Shown piece after piece: positions 12,107 through 22,907 of a DNA stretch of 64,000 nt; position 1 is the stretch's first letter, and each line of letters opens with the position of its first letter. The notes beneath the pieces are model-generated. The model saw only the letters and a list, made by a program, of their open reading frames with translations, searched no databases and had not been told where the DNA came from. The DNA comes from Elsinoe ampelina (taxonomy: Eukaryota). Made by a program: the position numbers and the translations under genes. Location of the stretch: positions 295,917 to 359,916 of the forward strand of contig ML992511.1 of the NCBI GenBank assembly GCA_010093995.1. Reading direction: 5' to 3'.

Positions 12107-15100
12107 ATGGTTGGCTCTGTAGGACAGGCACAAGCATCATGGACGAGTCCTGCTTCACCTCACACCTATTCGTCGAATCTATTACACCCAAGACCGCTCT
12201 CTGAGTCACCCAGAGATGTCGGAAGAATCAGCAGTCCACAGGAAAATGTCACAACAAGGGCAGAGCGATCACGTTCGCTCGCATCACCACTCGCGTCACC
12301 CCTCACACCTGGTAGTGCAGGTGGTATGCCTCTCGCATCGAGAATGTCAAGCCGGGAAAGCCAGCAAGATTATTGGTCACGTCGATATCCAGATAAAGCA
12401 GACGATCAAGTGGAAGGTCGCTCGGTCTCTCTGGCAGTGCCGTACGCGAACACTGCACCATCCACCCGACCAACGCCCGGAGATCGACCTCTTCAAGCCA
12501 GCACAATGGTAAATGGCGTGTTGAAGCACAACAGGACATCGACTCCAACGATTGAGACACAAGGCGGCAAGTCTGGCAAGAGAACACTCAACCTCCTGAA
12601 TCCTGTCAACCTCCTCATGCGAAGACGATCTCAACTACCACAGGCGACCGCCCCGGAAAGTACCAACACCCAAGGCTTGAAAGTACCACCGATTTCCCTA
12701 CCTGCCGACTACGACCCGAGAATTAGGGGTAATGTGATCCATGACTTCAGCGCTCCCAGAGCTAGGAGAGGATCCTCTCACCTGAATGCGCGCAGCTCTA
12801 CCTACCAGGGACAGTCACCACTATTGGAGAGTGATCAAAAAGCATCGTCCAGCAGCGATGTACCTTTGTTCAGACCGCACAGTTCTGGCAACGTTAATGC
12901 CAAACGTGCAAGCGAGCAGTCCGCCTTCAAGGAGCAATTTGATGACCCAGCGTCTGAGCAACACCGATCTTCGGCCATACAAGCAGAATCTCTCGCGAAT
13001 CAAGACTTCCTCAAGCGTTTCTCTCAGCAGAGTCAAAGCTATGACCCTTCCGCACTTCCATCCTTCTCCCGAAACAGCCAGCAGCTCGACTTCCAACAGT
13101 TCAGAAAGTCGATCGGTGAATGGCAGACAAGGACGAGCGATCCTTCCTCCCCATCATCCAAGTCTGAGATCAGCTCGCTGGGTGTCATTCCATCGGACAA
13201 TCGAGCAAGCCATTTCTCGCAGGTCTCACCTGAATCAGAGGCGAAAGATCGTACTTCACAGTCTTTATCCAATCCAGATTCGATGCGTCTGTCTCAAGCT
13301 TCGGCCGGCATGGCACAGCAGAGATCATCACATACCACTGTTCAGTCTCAGGACCTAGTCAAGGTAGAAGAGGATGAGGCTTCTGCCGAGCGTCGTGTTT
13401 CGCACACTAAAGTGCCATCACAAGAGTCTAACAAATCCAAAGAGGACGGTCTACCAAAGCACTTCAAAAGTAATGCGTCACGGTTCAGCTTTCAACTCGG
13501 TGGCAATGACTCAGCTTTGGAAGAGCGCTTGTTGGAAGAGCGCGCCAAGGATCAACGAGGACCGGATATAACCACTGCTCAACCCGAGGAAGACGATGAA
13601 GACTCCTTTGATGAGAACGCCATGTATGACTATGATGAATTGGAGGATAGGGACGATGAATCGAGTCTGTTGGCGCCAATGGGACAGCAAGACATGTCGG
13701 CGTTCGCCTCTGCGCTTCCCGTTGGTAATGGGTATCCAATGCCATATGGCGCGCTACCAGTGGTTTCGACACGTGGAAGCGCGTTCGAAATGCAATCAAA
13801 TAGCAACATCCAACAGTATCTTGACTACCAGAGAGCTCAAGCTTCTGAATCAGCGCCAGCACAAGCTGTGGAGCCACCGTCCACAAGCGGGACGCCTCAG
13901 GTCAAATCACATACTGATACCGAGTCGGACAACGAGCTGTGTGAGAAGCGATCAGACTCGCATCAAGGACTACCACAGGACTTTTTGTTTGCACCCACCA
14001 GCGCGGCAAACGAATACCGCCGTTCGCGCGCGTCTCATGACTTCGACGATGACCTGTACTTCAACGACGGCTCTGTCGATCCTCTGGCCGATGAGCACGA
14101 CTCTTCCTTTGCCGATGACGATCAGGTCGATGAGGATGTTCTTTTCGGCAGCGACTATGAGGACGAATTGAATGCCAAGCATGGCCACCGAACCAAGCCG
14201 AACCTCAAGATCTCTACGGCAGATGAGGTCCTTTCGCATCGAGTACTACCAGAAGATTCGACACGTTTGGGCACGCTCTCACCGCCGCCTACAGAGACGA
14301 CGTCGCCCAAAGCAGATGGTCTTGCTGCATACCACAGTGCGCTCGCTGACGCTGCTCAGCGAGCTGCTTCCAGTGGCCGGTTCAGCCGATCAGGTAGTGC
14401 GGCTACCTCTGCCTCTAAGTACTCTCAGCGTTCGGGCAGCTCTCGTCTGTCTGTCCGCAGTAAGCAAGACGCTGGTCTACAACAAACAGTTCAGAACGGT
14501 CCAGGCCAAGGTGCTCGAGACTCATACTCGGGATTCGATTTTGGCTTTAACGAGCAGAACACAGCATCATCGGGCAACACACCACTGTCTACTTCGTTCC
14601 CAATCAATGCGATCACAACGGAAAGCATCGCTCCGACGGATGCGACTTCTCCCTTTTCGCCTTCACCCTATGCCACCAACTTCGACGACGATTGCCTCAG
14701 CGATGATGCCATCATCAGCGAAGCCAATGCCGACGCCTTGGCTAGCGATGAAGATGGCTTCTATGGCAGCGAGTTCGGCTTCTATGCACGCCCTCGACCC
14801 GGACCTGACGCATCCGAAGCAGAACTCGTTAACGGCGGCTACTTTGGCGCTCCAGGTGGCAACACCATCGAGCGCAAATACAGCGTCAAGGAGCCAAACC
14901 TCACACCGATCACGGAGCGTAGTGAGTTCTCGACTCGCAATAGCTTCGTGTCAGGCTTTGGTCCTGGTGGTCCTGCTTTCTCGCCCGCAATCGCCAGTCC
15001 AGCATTCGCGGCGCAGCTGGCACGACTCAGCCCGCTTGCACTGGCTCAGCTACAGGAAGATGACGAGCTCGAACGCGCTTTGCGGGCGAGAGGATGGACG

Positions 15101-15670
15101 GAAGGGACTGGTCGGTCTGGAAGCGTCAGCAGCATGAGTTCAGCTGGTCAGGTACCTTGGGCTAACGGGCGAGGGAGCTGGAGTGTCTCTGGCACAGGGG
15201 GCCAATTCGCGTTCCCCGCAGGTCAACCTCGAGGAAGCGGCGGGCTTGGTGTGGGCGCACAATTCTGGGGAACAGACTCGAATAGGAGCTCGGTCAGGAT
15301 GAGCAGAAGTCAAAGCGAGATGTATGATGGCCAAGTGCAAGGAAGTCCAGTCGCGGATAGCCCGATCAGCACGCAAAGTGCCAAAGGACTTGGATGGGGT
15401 ATGGGAACGGGAACAGGGGTGAAGGATATGGACGTCACGCCAAGAAAGGGTGATGGGTTCACCAGCAGCCCTCAGACGGCGATTAAGGAACGTCCGAGAC
15501 AGGCGGCTGGACATGTCAGGCAGGGAAGTGGAGGGGGAGATAGCGTGACATACATGAAAGAGAAGGATGAGGAGGGAAAAGAGAGGTGGGTGTTGGAACG
15601 GAGGAGGACGAGCGAGGGGGGCTTAGTTGAGTTGGTCGGGAGGGAGATCTTGGAGGGAGGCAGGATCTGA
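12107..15670 (+). CDS. Large low-complexity Ser/Asp-rich hypothetical protein
   Basis: Single-exon 1187-aa ORF. Conserved-looking islands: 'LPADYDPRIRGNVIHDFSAPR', 'LPKHFKSNASRFSF', 'EPNLTPITERSEFSTRNS', 'WVLERRRTSEGGLVELVGRE'. Confidence 0.85.
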   Translation: MVGSVGQAQASWTSPASPHTYSSNLLHPRPLSESPRDVGRISSPQENVTTRAERSRSLASPLASPLTPGSAGGMPLASRMSSRESQQDYWSRRYPDKADDQVEGRSVSLAVPYANTAPSTRPTPGDRPLQASTMVNGVLKHNRTSTPTIETQGGKSGKRTLNLLNPVNLLMRRRSQLPQATAPESTNTQGLKVPPISLPADYDPRIRGNVIHDFSAPRARRGSSHLNARSSTYQGQSPLLESDQKASSSSDVPLFRPHSSGNVNAKRASEQSAFKEQFDDPASEQHRSSAIQAESLANQDFLKRFSQQSQSYDPSALPSFSRNSQQLDFQQFRKSIGEWQTRTSDPSSPSSKSEISSLGVIPSDNRASHFSQVSPESEAKDRTSQSLSNPDSMRLSQASAGMAQQRSSHTTVQSQDLVKVEEDEASAERRVSHTKVPSQESNKSKEDGLPKHFKSNASRFSFQLGGNDSALEERLLEERAKDQRGPDITTAQPEEDDEDSFDENAMYDYDELEDRDDESSLLAPMGQQDMSAFASALPVGNGYPMPYGALPVVSTRGSAFEMQSNSNIQQYLDYQRAQASESAPAQAVEPPSTSGTPQVKSHTDTESDNELCEKRSDSHQGLPQDFLFAPTSAANEYRRSRASHDFDDDLYFNDGSVDPLADEHDSSFADDDQVDEDVLFGSDYEDELNAKHGHRTKPNLKISTADEVLSHRVLPEDSTRLGTLSPPPTETTSPKADGLAAYHSALADAAQRAASSGRFSRSGSAATSASKYSQRSGSSRLSVRSKQDAGLQQTVQNGPGQGARDSYSGFDFGFNEQNTASSGNTPLSTSFPINAITTESIAPTDATSPFSPSPYATNFDDDCLSDDAIISEANADALASDEDGFYGSEFGFYARPRPGPDASEAELVNGGYFGAPGGNTIERKYSVKEPNLTPITERSEFSTRNSFVSGFGPGGPAFSPAIASPAFAAQLARLSPLALAQLQEDDELERALRARGWTEGTGRSGSVSSMSSAGQVPWANGRGSWSVSGTGGQFAFPAGQPRGSGGLGVGAQFWGTDSNRSSVRMSRSQSEMYDGQVQGSPVADSPISTQSAKGLGWGMGTGTGVKDMDVTPRKGDGFTSSPQTAIKERPRQAAGHVRQGSGGGDSVTYMKEKDEEGKERWVLERRRTSEGGLVELVGREILEGGRI

Positions 15671-17012
15671 TGCACGATGCCAATGTACAGGATGGTACGG
15701 GAAGGCAGGATAAGTGTGCACATATGGGACGGGCGAAAAGTAATGGTTACATTCAGCGCGGCGTTATGGATATTTGGATGCATGGGTAATGCTTTGACGA
15801 CTTGAGGACAGGTGGGTCATCTACTGATTACAAGACTGACGAGCGGCGAACATTGGGCATATCGTAGGCACTATCAGGGTACCAGATCATGCGGGAGTAA
15901 TGCTTCAGGATAATTGACGCGGCTATAACACATGCCAAGCCTTTGACGCGGCGAAAACATTCAGATGCACCTTCATGCACTTCACCCGTTCGCCGTGCGT
16001 CTCAACAAGTACTCCTTGCAGACAGACCGCATCATAGCTGCATGGCGTTCCTGCTTCCGAAACGTGTCCGGAGCATAATTTACCTGTCAGCGTGGGTACC
16101 AGCAAGGGCAAGAAAAGACCCGCATGGTTGAGCTGTCAAAAGTCATGACAACCACGCCATGGAGGGCAGATTTTTGTATCTATGGTGACACAAGTCAAAC
16201 AATAGTCGCAATAGTCGCGGAATCACAAATGCCAGAAGGAAGCAGCCTATTGCCCAATGTTTCTGCTTTGCTTCGAGTTGTTTGAGGCGAGTCCTACCAG
16301 AAACAGTGGTGGCACCGGGAGGGGACATGGGTCTCGGGCCTTCGTGTAAAAGTTACCGGGGATGAACAACCCTGACAAGCATTGTGGGAGAGGTCTGGTA
16401 TCGATGTCGTCCACGTCGCTGTCATTGTCTGTTCATTCTTTTGCATGATACCCTGTTTTTGGCGTAGAGTTTACAGAGGATTGCGACGCAGACGGCTCAC
16501 GCGACGGCATCCCGTCATGGGCGTAGCGGTTGGTGAACGTCTGGAGAGGGAGACTTTTTGGGACCAAAGTGTTTTTTCCAGGGAACGCACTGATGTCTCC
16601 GATCTGCGCGGCGAGGACGCCGTCACGGACCTGTCATTGCGCTTTCTGAGAGCCTGAGGAACAAGGGCGAAAAAGGGTTTGGGCGTGCATTTCCCAATCG
16701 CGGGCACTAAACTTGGACTCCGCGAACCTTGATCACTTGACCAATCGATCTGGAGCGAGTCGCGCATCCTGGTAGGTAACCGTAGATTGCTCTCGTGTAT
16801 GATCTCTGGTTTTATATCCCGGCCCTTTTTCTCAAGGGAATGCGCCTCGCATCACTTCGCTATTGCTTCGTACACGTCCTCATGTATCTTTGACCAGGAT
16901 CGCACGCCCAGGTCGGCACTTCCGGGCCTCGAATCGGTCTGACACGGATTCCATTTATTGGACGTGTCCGGCGTGAAACATCGATCCTCATCAAACACAA
17001 TTCAACACAGAC

Positions 17013-20000
17013 ATGGCCGCCGCAACAACGCCCTGGCCGGTCATGCGCACCGCTTCTACAGAACACCTCGATATTCGACATCCTACCCCAGACCTGAACA
17101 TCCTACCAGACGGCGCCGTAAACCACAACGTCGCCCGCCTCGAACAGTCGGCCGAAGAGCTGAGCCAAGGCGGCTCCGACATAGGGGATGAGATAAGAAA
17201 ACTGCAGGAAGAACAACGGCGCTCCGACTCTCGACGCTCGAGCCTAAACTCTCAAGCCGGTCGTGCAAACATCCAGCAAAACAACCATAGTATAACATCG
17301 CGGAGTCGCGGGGCAAGCACGAGTTCCTACTCCAACAGCATTGTCGATCTCAACCGGGAAGCCCGCTGGGGCGGATATAGCCCCGGAGCTTTTATCGGAA
17401 GTCCTGCACAGTCCATCAACTCTGGCTCCTGGTCACAAGCCGTCTTGCATAGAAGCGCCAGTAACGCAATGTCCACATCAACCCGTCCCGAACCCGTCCA
17501 AGAGGGTAGACCCCTGGACTCGCCTCTTGCTTCTCCGGTTGCTTCTGCGGTCAGACAGGCTTCGCATTCATCACTGTCTCGCAGTGTGAGTATTCAGAAT
17601 TCGCTACAGCCTAGTCGTCGGGGTAGTCGGTCATCGAAGAGGTCGTCTGTAGGGTCAGTTGGGTCTGCTGGTAGTCCAAGAACGTCGACAAAGTCGGGCG
17701 ACTTTGTCGAAACCGAAGACGTCGAGACGGAAAAAACACCCGTGAAAGAGCCGGAAGAAGTTCAAGAAACGGAAGACAAGGAGAACATGCCGCACTACGC
17801 CCACTCTCGTCATGAAAGTGAACAGCAGTCGATACACGAACGACCTGGATCCTCAGACACCTACCGGCAAGCCAACATTCTCTTCCAGGACTTTGACGGC
17901 GTACACTTCTCGCCGACCCACGAAGAATTCGTCGAGGTCGACGAGTATGGCAACGAGATCCGAAGAATCCCACTGGAGTTGGCGGGCCAGGAACTATTGC
18001 ACCAGCAGGAGCTGTTGACGCCCCGGGCTCATCAAGTCACCTTCGCCCATCCGCCGCCGTCCGACCACATGGTCTACTACCCGGCACCAGTTCCCCGCAT
18101 GCTGAACTTGCCCAAGAAGCTGTCGTCGAAACCTACACCTGCCATGATCGCCCAAAGAAAGTCGCAGGTCATGATGCAAGCTCCCAAGACCAACAGGAAA
18201 AGCACGCTGCAGATTGGCGAGTTTGGGTTTGAGAGAGAACAGCAAAGAGCGTCGATGATCCAGCTGGACGAAATGAACGAAGAAGGAGGACAACACTCCA
18301 AGCCCGCTTCGCTTAGGTCAAACTCACCTACTCGTGCCCCACAGTCACCTCAGAGGCCGAACATGCAGCAGAGGTCGAGCATGGCCACACTTTCTCACAT
18401 GCAGCACAGAGCAAGCATGGCCACCCTGTCCGGTCACATCCCTGCAAACCTCCCGCCACAGCTTCGGGCCAGTCTGTTCTTCGACGCACCAGCTGCCCAG
18501 CAGAATGTGAACATCCAATCAGACTCTGCTGTGGCGACACTCGACAGTATTCTCCAGGCATCAGCAACAGCTCCCGTCAGTGTCTTTACGGATCATCCTT
18601 TTGCCGGCCGCGTTGGTGGACAGATCTATGCACGTGAAGATCGCCCTCGTGCTAAGCGAAATACCTTGTCCAACCCCTTGATCACGGATGCGAAGAACAG
18701 TGCGAGACCGATCAGCGAGATGAACCCCAAGTCACCGCGTAGGAAGAGCATCACTGGCATGCTCACGGGTCACCAGGACGACGATGATAAACCCAAGCTT
18801 GCTCGGAGGAATAGTGTCATGAGCATGTTTACTGATCTCGGCCATTCTGATGGGAAGAAGCTGCAGAAGAGGAACAGTCGCATGTCTCTCAACTCGGAGA
18901 ATATGCTGGGCAACGAGTCTACCTCAAGGCCAATCTCACCTGCACCAAGCGCTCCTCTTGATCAAGCTCAGTACCAGGAATACGATGAGGATCAGCCTGA
19001 GGATGAAGAAGCAGAGGAGGACGAGGAAGAGATTCCTGACGAGGAGTTGGATCCTGTCTACGCCCAGCCAACAACTCTGTTGGCTGAATTGCAGCTTCGC
19101 AAGGCTCAGCAGAAGACCAGGAACAGGACCGCTGCTACCGCCTTCCCGAACGGTATGCACTCGACTTTACTACAGCTCGATGCTGTTGCCCAGATCGAGG
19201 CCAAGAAGCGCAAGAATCACAAAGTTGCACTTGCATGGGAAGATCCTTCCGTTCACGCCAAGCAGAACGAGGAAGTCGACGAGGACATCCCTCTCGCCGT
19301 CCTCTACCCTACCAAGAACGGTCTCCGCCCCAAACGCCCTGGCGAGAGCGACTGGGATCGTCCAATCGGCCTTCTCGAGAAACGCCGACTCGAAGACAAC
19401 GAGCCCCTCTCCTCCCGCCGCAACCGCATCCTCGGCATCAACCCAAAAGCCGCCAACCGCCTCGCCCCCTCCCCTTCCAATCTCTCCTCCCCGCACGGCG
19501 TCTCCGCCCCGGCCTCCTCCCGCGGCGAGCCCTCCCCAGCCTACGCCCACAGCGTCTCCAACCAAGAAAACCAACCCGCCGAAGTCGATGAAGACGACCT
19601 CCCCCTCGCCGAACGCCGCCGACGCATCCAACAAAAAGCCGCCCTTGACTCGGCCCTCGGCGACGTCGTGGCAAAAGACAACAAATCCACCTTCGAAACC
19701 GACGTGCTCTCCGTCCTCATCCCCCCCGCCGCCACGAAACCCGTCTCCCCCACCTCAGCCGAAATCCCCGAAGACGAGACCCTCGGCCAACGCCGCGCCC
19801 GTCTCCAGCGCGAAGCCCTCGCCGCCAATCCTGGAGGCGAGAGCAGGCCGACGCCGGTCCACAGCTCCCTGTCGCTCGCCAATCTCCTCTCCGCTGTCCC
19901 GCTGGACCCAAGCAAAGACCGCATGGACCGCGATCGGCGCAACGCTAGCTCCCCCGCGCCCGGGACGCTGTTGGGGAACCATGATGCCAAGACGAGGGAC

Positions 20001-20705
20001 CAGAAAGAGAAGATGCGCTTGCGCAACGCGACGACGAGTTCGTACATGGACCGGGGGCCCGGGCTGCAAAGGGCGGAAAGCCAGGGGGATCTGACCGCCA
20101 TGGGGCTCGGGCAGAGGCGGCGGAGCGGGACAACGCTGTTGGATCTGAATCTGCAGCCGAGCGCGAGTATGCCTGCCGGTATGAACCAGGCTTACGTCAA
20201 TGGTGCGGCGAACGGGGCCGCGGGCGCGTTGAAGATGGCGGGGTGGCAGGGTCAGCAGGGCCAGCAGGGCCAGGGGCAGGGGCAGATGATGAACCCACTT
20301 GCTTTTTCGAACTTTATCCCCCCGGCGCCCGTCACGGGGATGGGGTTCCAGGGGGGAATGGCGGCTTATGGTCAGGAGTTTAGCGGGGTGAATGTGGGCA
20401 TGAACATGCAGGGGATGGGTATGCAGGGGGGCATGATGGGTCAGGGCATGGGGATGGGAATGCAAGGTCAGGGCATGGGGATGGGGATGCAGGGTATGGG
20501 AACGGGATTGCAAGGCATGCAGTACCCCAACCCCATGATGATGAATGGCGTTGGCATGGGTGTGGGCATGGGCATGTATAACCCTAATATGATGGGGTAT
20601 GGGGGTATGGGCGTGGCGGGGTATGGGATGCAGGATCCGTTGTTGGGGATGGATCCGCAGAGGAGGGAGACTATTGATCGGTGGAGGAGTAGTGTTGCTC
20701 AGTAG
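17013..20705 (+). CDS. Large low-complexity hypothetical protein with Gly/Met/Gln-rich C-terminus
   Basis: Single-exon 1230-aa ORF. Conserved-looking islands: 'YYPAPVPRMLNLPKKLS', 'PTTLLAELQLRKAQQKTRNRTAATAFPNGMHSTLLQLDAVA', terminal 'IDRWRSSV'. Confidence 0.85.
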   Translation: MAAATTPWPVMRTASTEHLDIRHPTPDLNILPDGAVNHNVARLEQSAEELSQGGSDIGDEIRKLQEEQRRSDSRRSSLNSQAGRANIQQNNHSITSRSRGASTSSYSNSIVDLNREARWGGYSPGAFIGSPAQSINSGSWSQAVLHRSASNAMSTSTRPEPVQEGRPLDSPLASPVASAVRQASHSSLSRSVSIQNSLQPSRRGSRSSKRSSVGSVGSAGSPRTSTKSGDFVETEDVETEKTPVKEPEEVQETEDKENMPHYAHSRHESEQQSIHERPGSSDTYRQANILFQDFDGVHFSPTHEEFVEVDEYGNEIRRIPLELAGQELLHQQELLTPRAHQVTFAHPPPSDHMVYYPAPVPRMLNLPKKLSSKPTPAMIAQRKSQVMMQAPKTNRKSTLQIGEFGFEREQQRASMIQLDEMNEEGGQHSKPASLRSNSPTRAPQSPQRPNMQQRSSMATLSHMQHRASMATLSGHIPANLPPQLRASLFFDAPAAQQNVNIQSDSAVATLDSILQASATAPVSVFTDHPFAGRVGGQIYAREDRPRAKRNTLSNPLITDAKNSARPISEMNPKSPRRKSITGMLTGHQDDDDKPKLARRNSVMSMFTDLGHSDGKKLQKRNSRMSLNSENMLGNESTSRPISPAPSAPLDQAQYQEYDEDQPEDEEAEEDEEEIPDEELDPVYAQPTTLLAELQLRKAQQKTRNRTAATAFPNGMHSTLLQLDAVAQIEAKKRKNHKVALAWEDPSVHAKQNEEVDEDIPLAVLYPTKNGLRPKRPGESDWDRPIGLLEKRRLEDNEPLSSRRNRILGINPKAANRLAPSPSNLSSPHGVSAPASSRGEPSPAYAHSVSNQENQPAEVDEDDLPLAERRRRIQQKAALDSALGDVVAKDNKSTFETDVLSVLIPPAATKPVSPTSAEIPEDETLGQRRARLQREALAANPGGESRPTPVHSSLSLANLLSAVPLDPSKDRMDRDRRNASSPAPGTLLGNHDAKTRDQKEKMRLRNATTSSYMDRGPGLQRAESQGDLTAMGLGQRRRSGTTLLDLNLQPSASMPAGMNQAYVNGAANGAAGALKMAGWQGQQGQQGQGQGQMMNPLAFSNFIPPAPVTGMGFQGGMAAYGQEFSGVNVGMNMQGMGMQGGMMGQGMGMGMQGQGMGMGMQGMGTGLQGMQYPNPMMMNGVGMGVGMGMYNPNMMGYGGMGVAGYGMQDPLLGMDPQRRETIDRWRSSVAQ

Positions 20706-21165
20706 GTGATTGAGCGTACGATGGGAGGGGTGGGAGGGTGGAGAGGGGGGGTCACGAAGGGCGGGGGGGCAGGGAAGCGAAGAGCTGGAGTGGGCTGGTC
20801 TGCATTGAGCGTGGCAAAAGGTGGGTGTGTATAGGACAACAGAACTGATTGGAACTTGGGATGGGATATTAGAGCCATTGCGGGTGTGCACATTCATAGC
20901 AAGCATAGCATGGGCATAGCGTAATTGTAATCCTTCTGCCTCCATGTAGTTAGATCTTGAACGTCAAGTACAGTCACGAAATGGCATTAGAAGAAGACAT
21001 CGCCAGTCATAAAAAAAGAGCTTGTGAAGGGAGTATGCAAATATGTAAATAGAGCTGTGTATCATGCATTAATTCACTCGCTGGCCACGCTATACCGTTC
21101 ATCAAACGCAGCCAGGCCGCGACATGTCTACCGAAACCATATGCTCTACCTCCACTACCTCTACC

Positions 21166-22491
21166 CTACTTATCCAATCTCCTCCTCAAGTTTCTCGTCC
21201 GCTTCATCAGCTTCTTGTACTTGTGCTTCTTCATCTTCAGCTTCCTCTGCCTCTTTACACTGATCGCTTGCATCACCTCTTCCCCTTCTGCTTGTCCCAC
21301 TTCTCCTTTCGTGGCGGGCAACTCCATCCTTGCGCGTCTTTGTTGTCGCATCCGAATGTATGATTTCCGTGGTGGTACGGTGATATATCGCGGCACGAAG
21401 CGGGAGGACATGATGGTCATGACTTTTCGCATGCGGACGCGTTTTCCGAATGAGAGCATCGCTCTTCGCTTGTCTGAGAGACTTTTTTGTTGGACGGGAG
21501 GGTTCATGGCGCGCTTGATGGGTTCAAAACTTTGGAGCTCCCCCGTCAGGTAGTCTGATCCTTCCACTTGGCGCAGAATTACGGTCGCACGGTAGTCCTG
21601 CTTTTGCTCGGTGCGGCGGGCACGGCGTGCTGGCTTGGTCTGCGCTTCTAAGGAGGAGGAAGACACCGGGAGTGGCGGAGCGGGCTTGCGGTAGGGTTGT
21701 AGGGAGGAGACAAAGTTTTGGATCGTGGGCGGCTTGGACAAGGACGGTCGCCCGTCTAGATGGCGTGGTTCCGAGGTGGTATGGGATGACGACTCTTGTA
21801 CAATATTCCATCTGAGTTGATCGGAAATGGAATGTGTAGACTCGAGTGCTGAAATGGTCGACTGCAGCGTTGCAACCACGTCTGAAGGATTAGTTTTCGA
21901 CTCTGGTGAAGGTTCGAAGAGCTGGTCGAAGACTGCTTGAGAGGTCTCCGGGGGTATCGGTGCTCTGAGAGCCAGTGGTCGATGTAACGCGAAGAGGTTA
22001 GAGAGCTTAAGGTCTAGAGTCGGTCAGTAAGTATTCGCTGCCAAGATCAGCTTGAAGTCAGACGAACCAGACTCTTTAATCATATCAACGTTTGGCACCG
22101 AAGGAAGAGCGTCAAAGCGACTGTTGTTCGACGTCGGTGCTTTCGGAGTATGGCCAGTCCATGCCTCCTCTTTCACTTTCCGTCCCCGTCCTGTCCTTCC
22201 GCTACTGCTTCGTCCATTAGATGTTCGAGGCAGAGCAGACTTGGCTGACGAAGATTCAGCAGTGGCAGCTTTGGCAGAAGCAGCTGTCGCGCGTGAGCCA
22301 TCCGACTGATCGCCGGGCGGACATGATGCTTTTGAGCTGGAGGGCCGTCTCTGGTGTCCGGTCGAAGCGCGGCAGGTTGGTATCGAAGGCACGGCAGCGG
22401 TGACTGTGCTCGCCCGGGTGCTAGCTGCTCGCGGTCCCGGTGGTAATGCTCGAGCTGCGCTACGGAAGCCCGAGACTATCATGGTTGACAT
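21166..22491 (-). CDS. COX24: Mitochondrial small-subunit ribosomal protein mS38/Cox24 (DUF1713)
   Basis: Exons 22491-22068 and 22013-21166 (intron GTTCGT..CTGAC..TAG). Arg/Ser/Ala-rich presequence-like N-terminus, 'LFALHRPL', and C-terminal 'MQAISVKRQRKLKMKKHKYKKLMKRTRNLRRRLDK'. Confidence 0.85.
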
Positions 22492-22907
22492 CAGACCGGT
22501 AGAGACTGAGTCGAGCGAGATATGAGGAGAAGTTGTTGGAGGTGGTCACGTTGGCATGTGATGTCGGAACCGCTCGTATCAGAGAATGGCGGCAACCGGA
22601 TGACTAAGCCTGACCGCCTTCCTCAACCATGAACAGGCTTGCAAAATGCGCTGTGGTTCAAGGTGATGACCTGCTTGGTGCCTCACACGTTGTAGTTCTT
22701 GATTCACTCGCAATCGACGTAGCATCTCGAAAATTCTTCCATGTCGGGCGGTCGCATAGCATGCATGTATGGTGAGATAGCAGCGGCAGAGAGAAGGGCG
22801 CCCATCATTGTGGCGCATGTTCAGCTCAGTCGTCCCTGAGCTTCTTGCCTTTTTCCGTGATCACTTTTCTCTATTGCTATCATCAACGGAATGCTTCGCT
22901 GGATCTC

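Noticed and set aside
11386..12204. Short ORFs on both strands next to the transposon
   Set aside because: One overlaps the TIR, most use non-ATG starts, and none has a recognisable motif. This is likely the promoter/UTR of the 12107 gene.
18850..20945. 414-aa alternate-frame and 396-aa antisense ORFs
   Set aside because: Shadow ORFs caused by extreme C/G skew depleting stop codons inside a real CDS.
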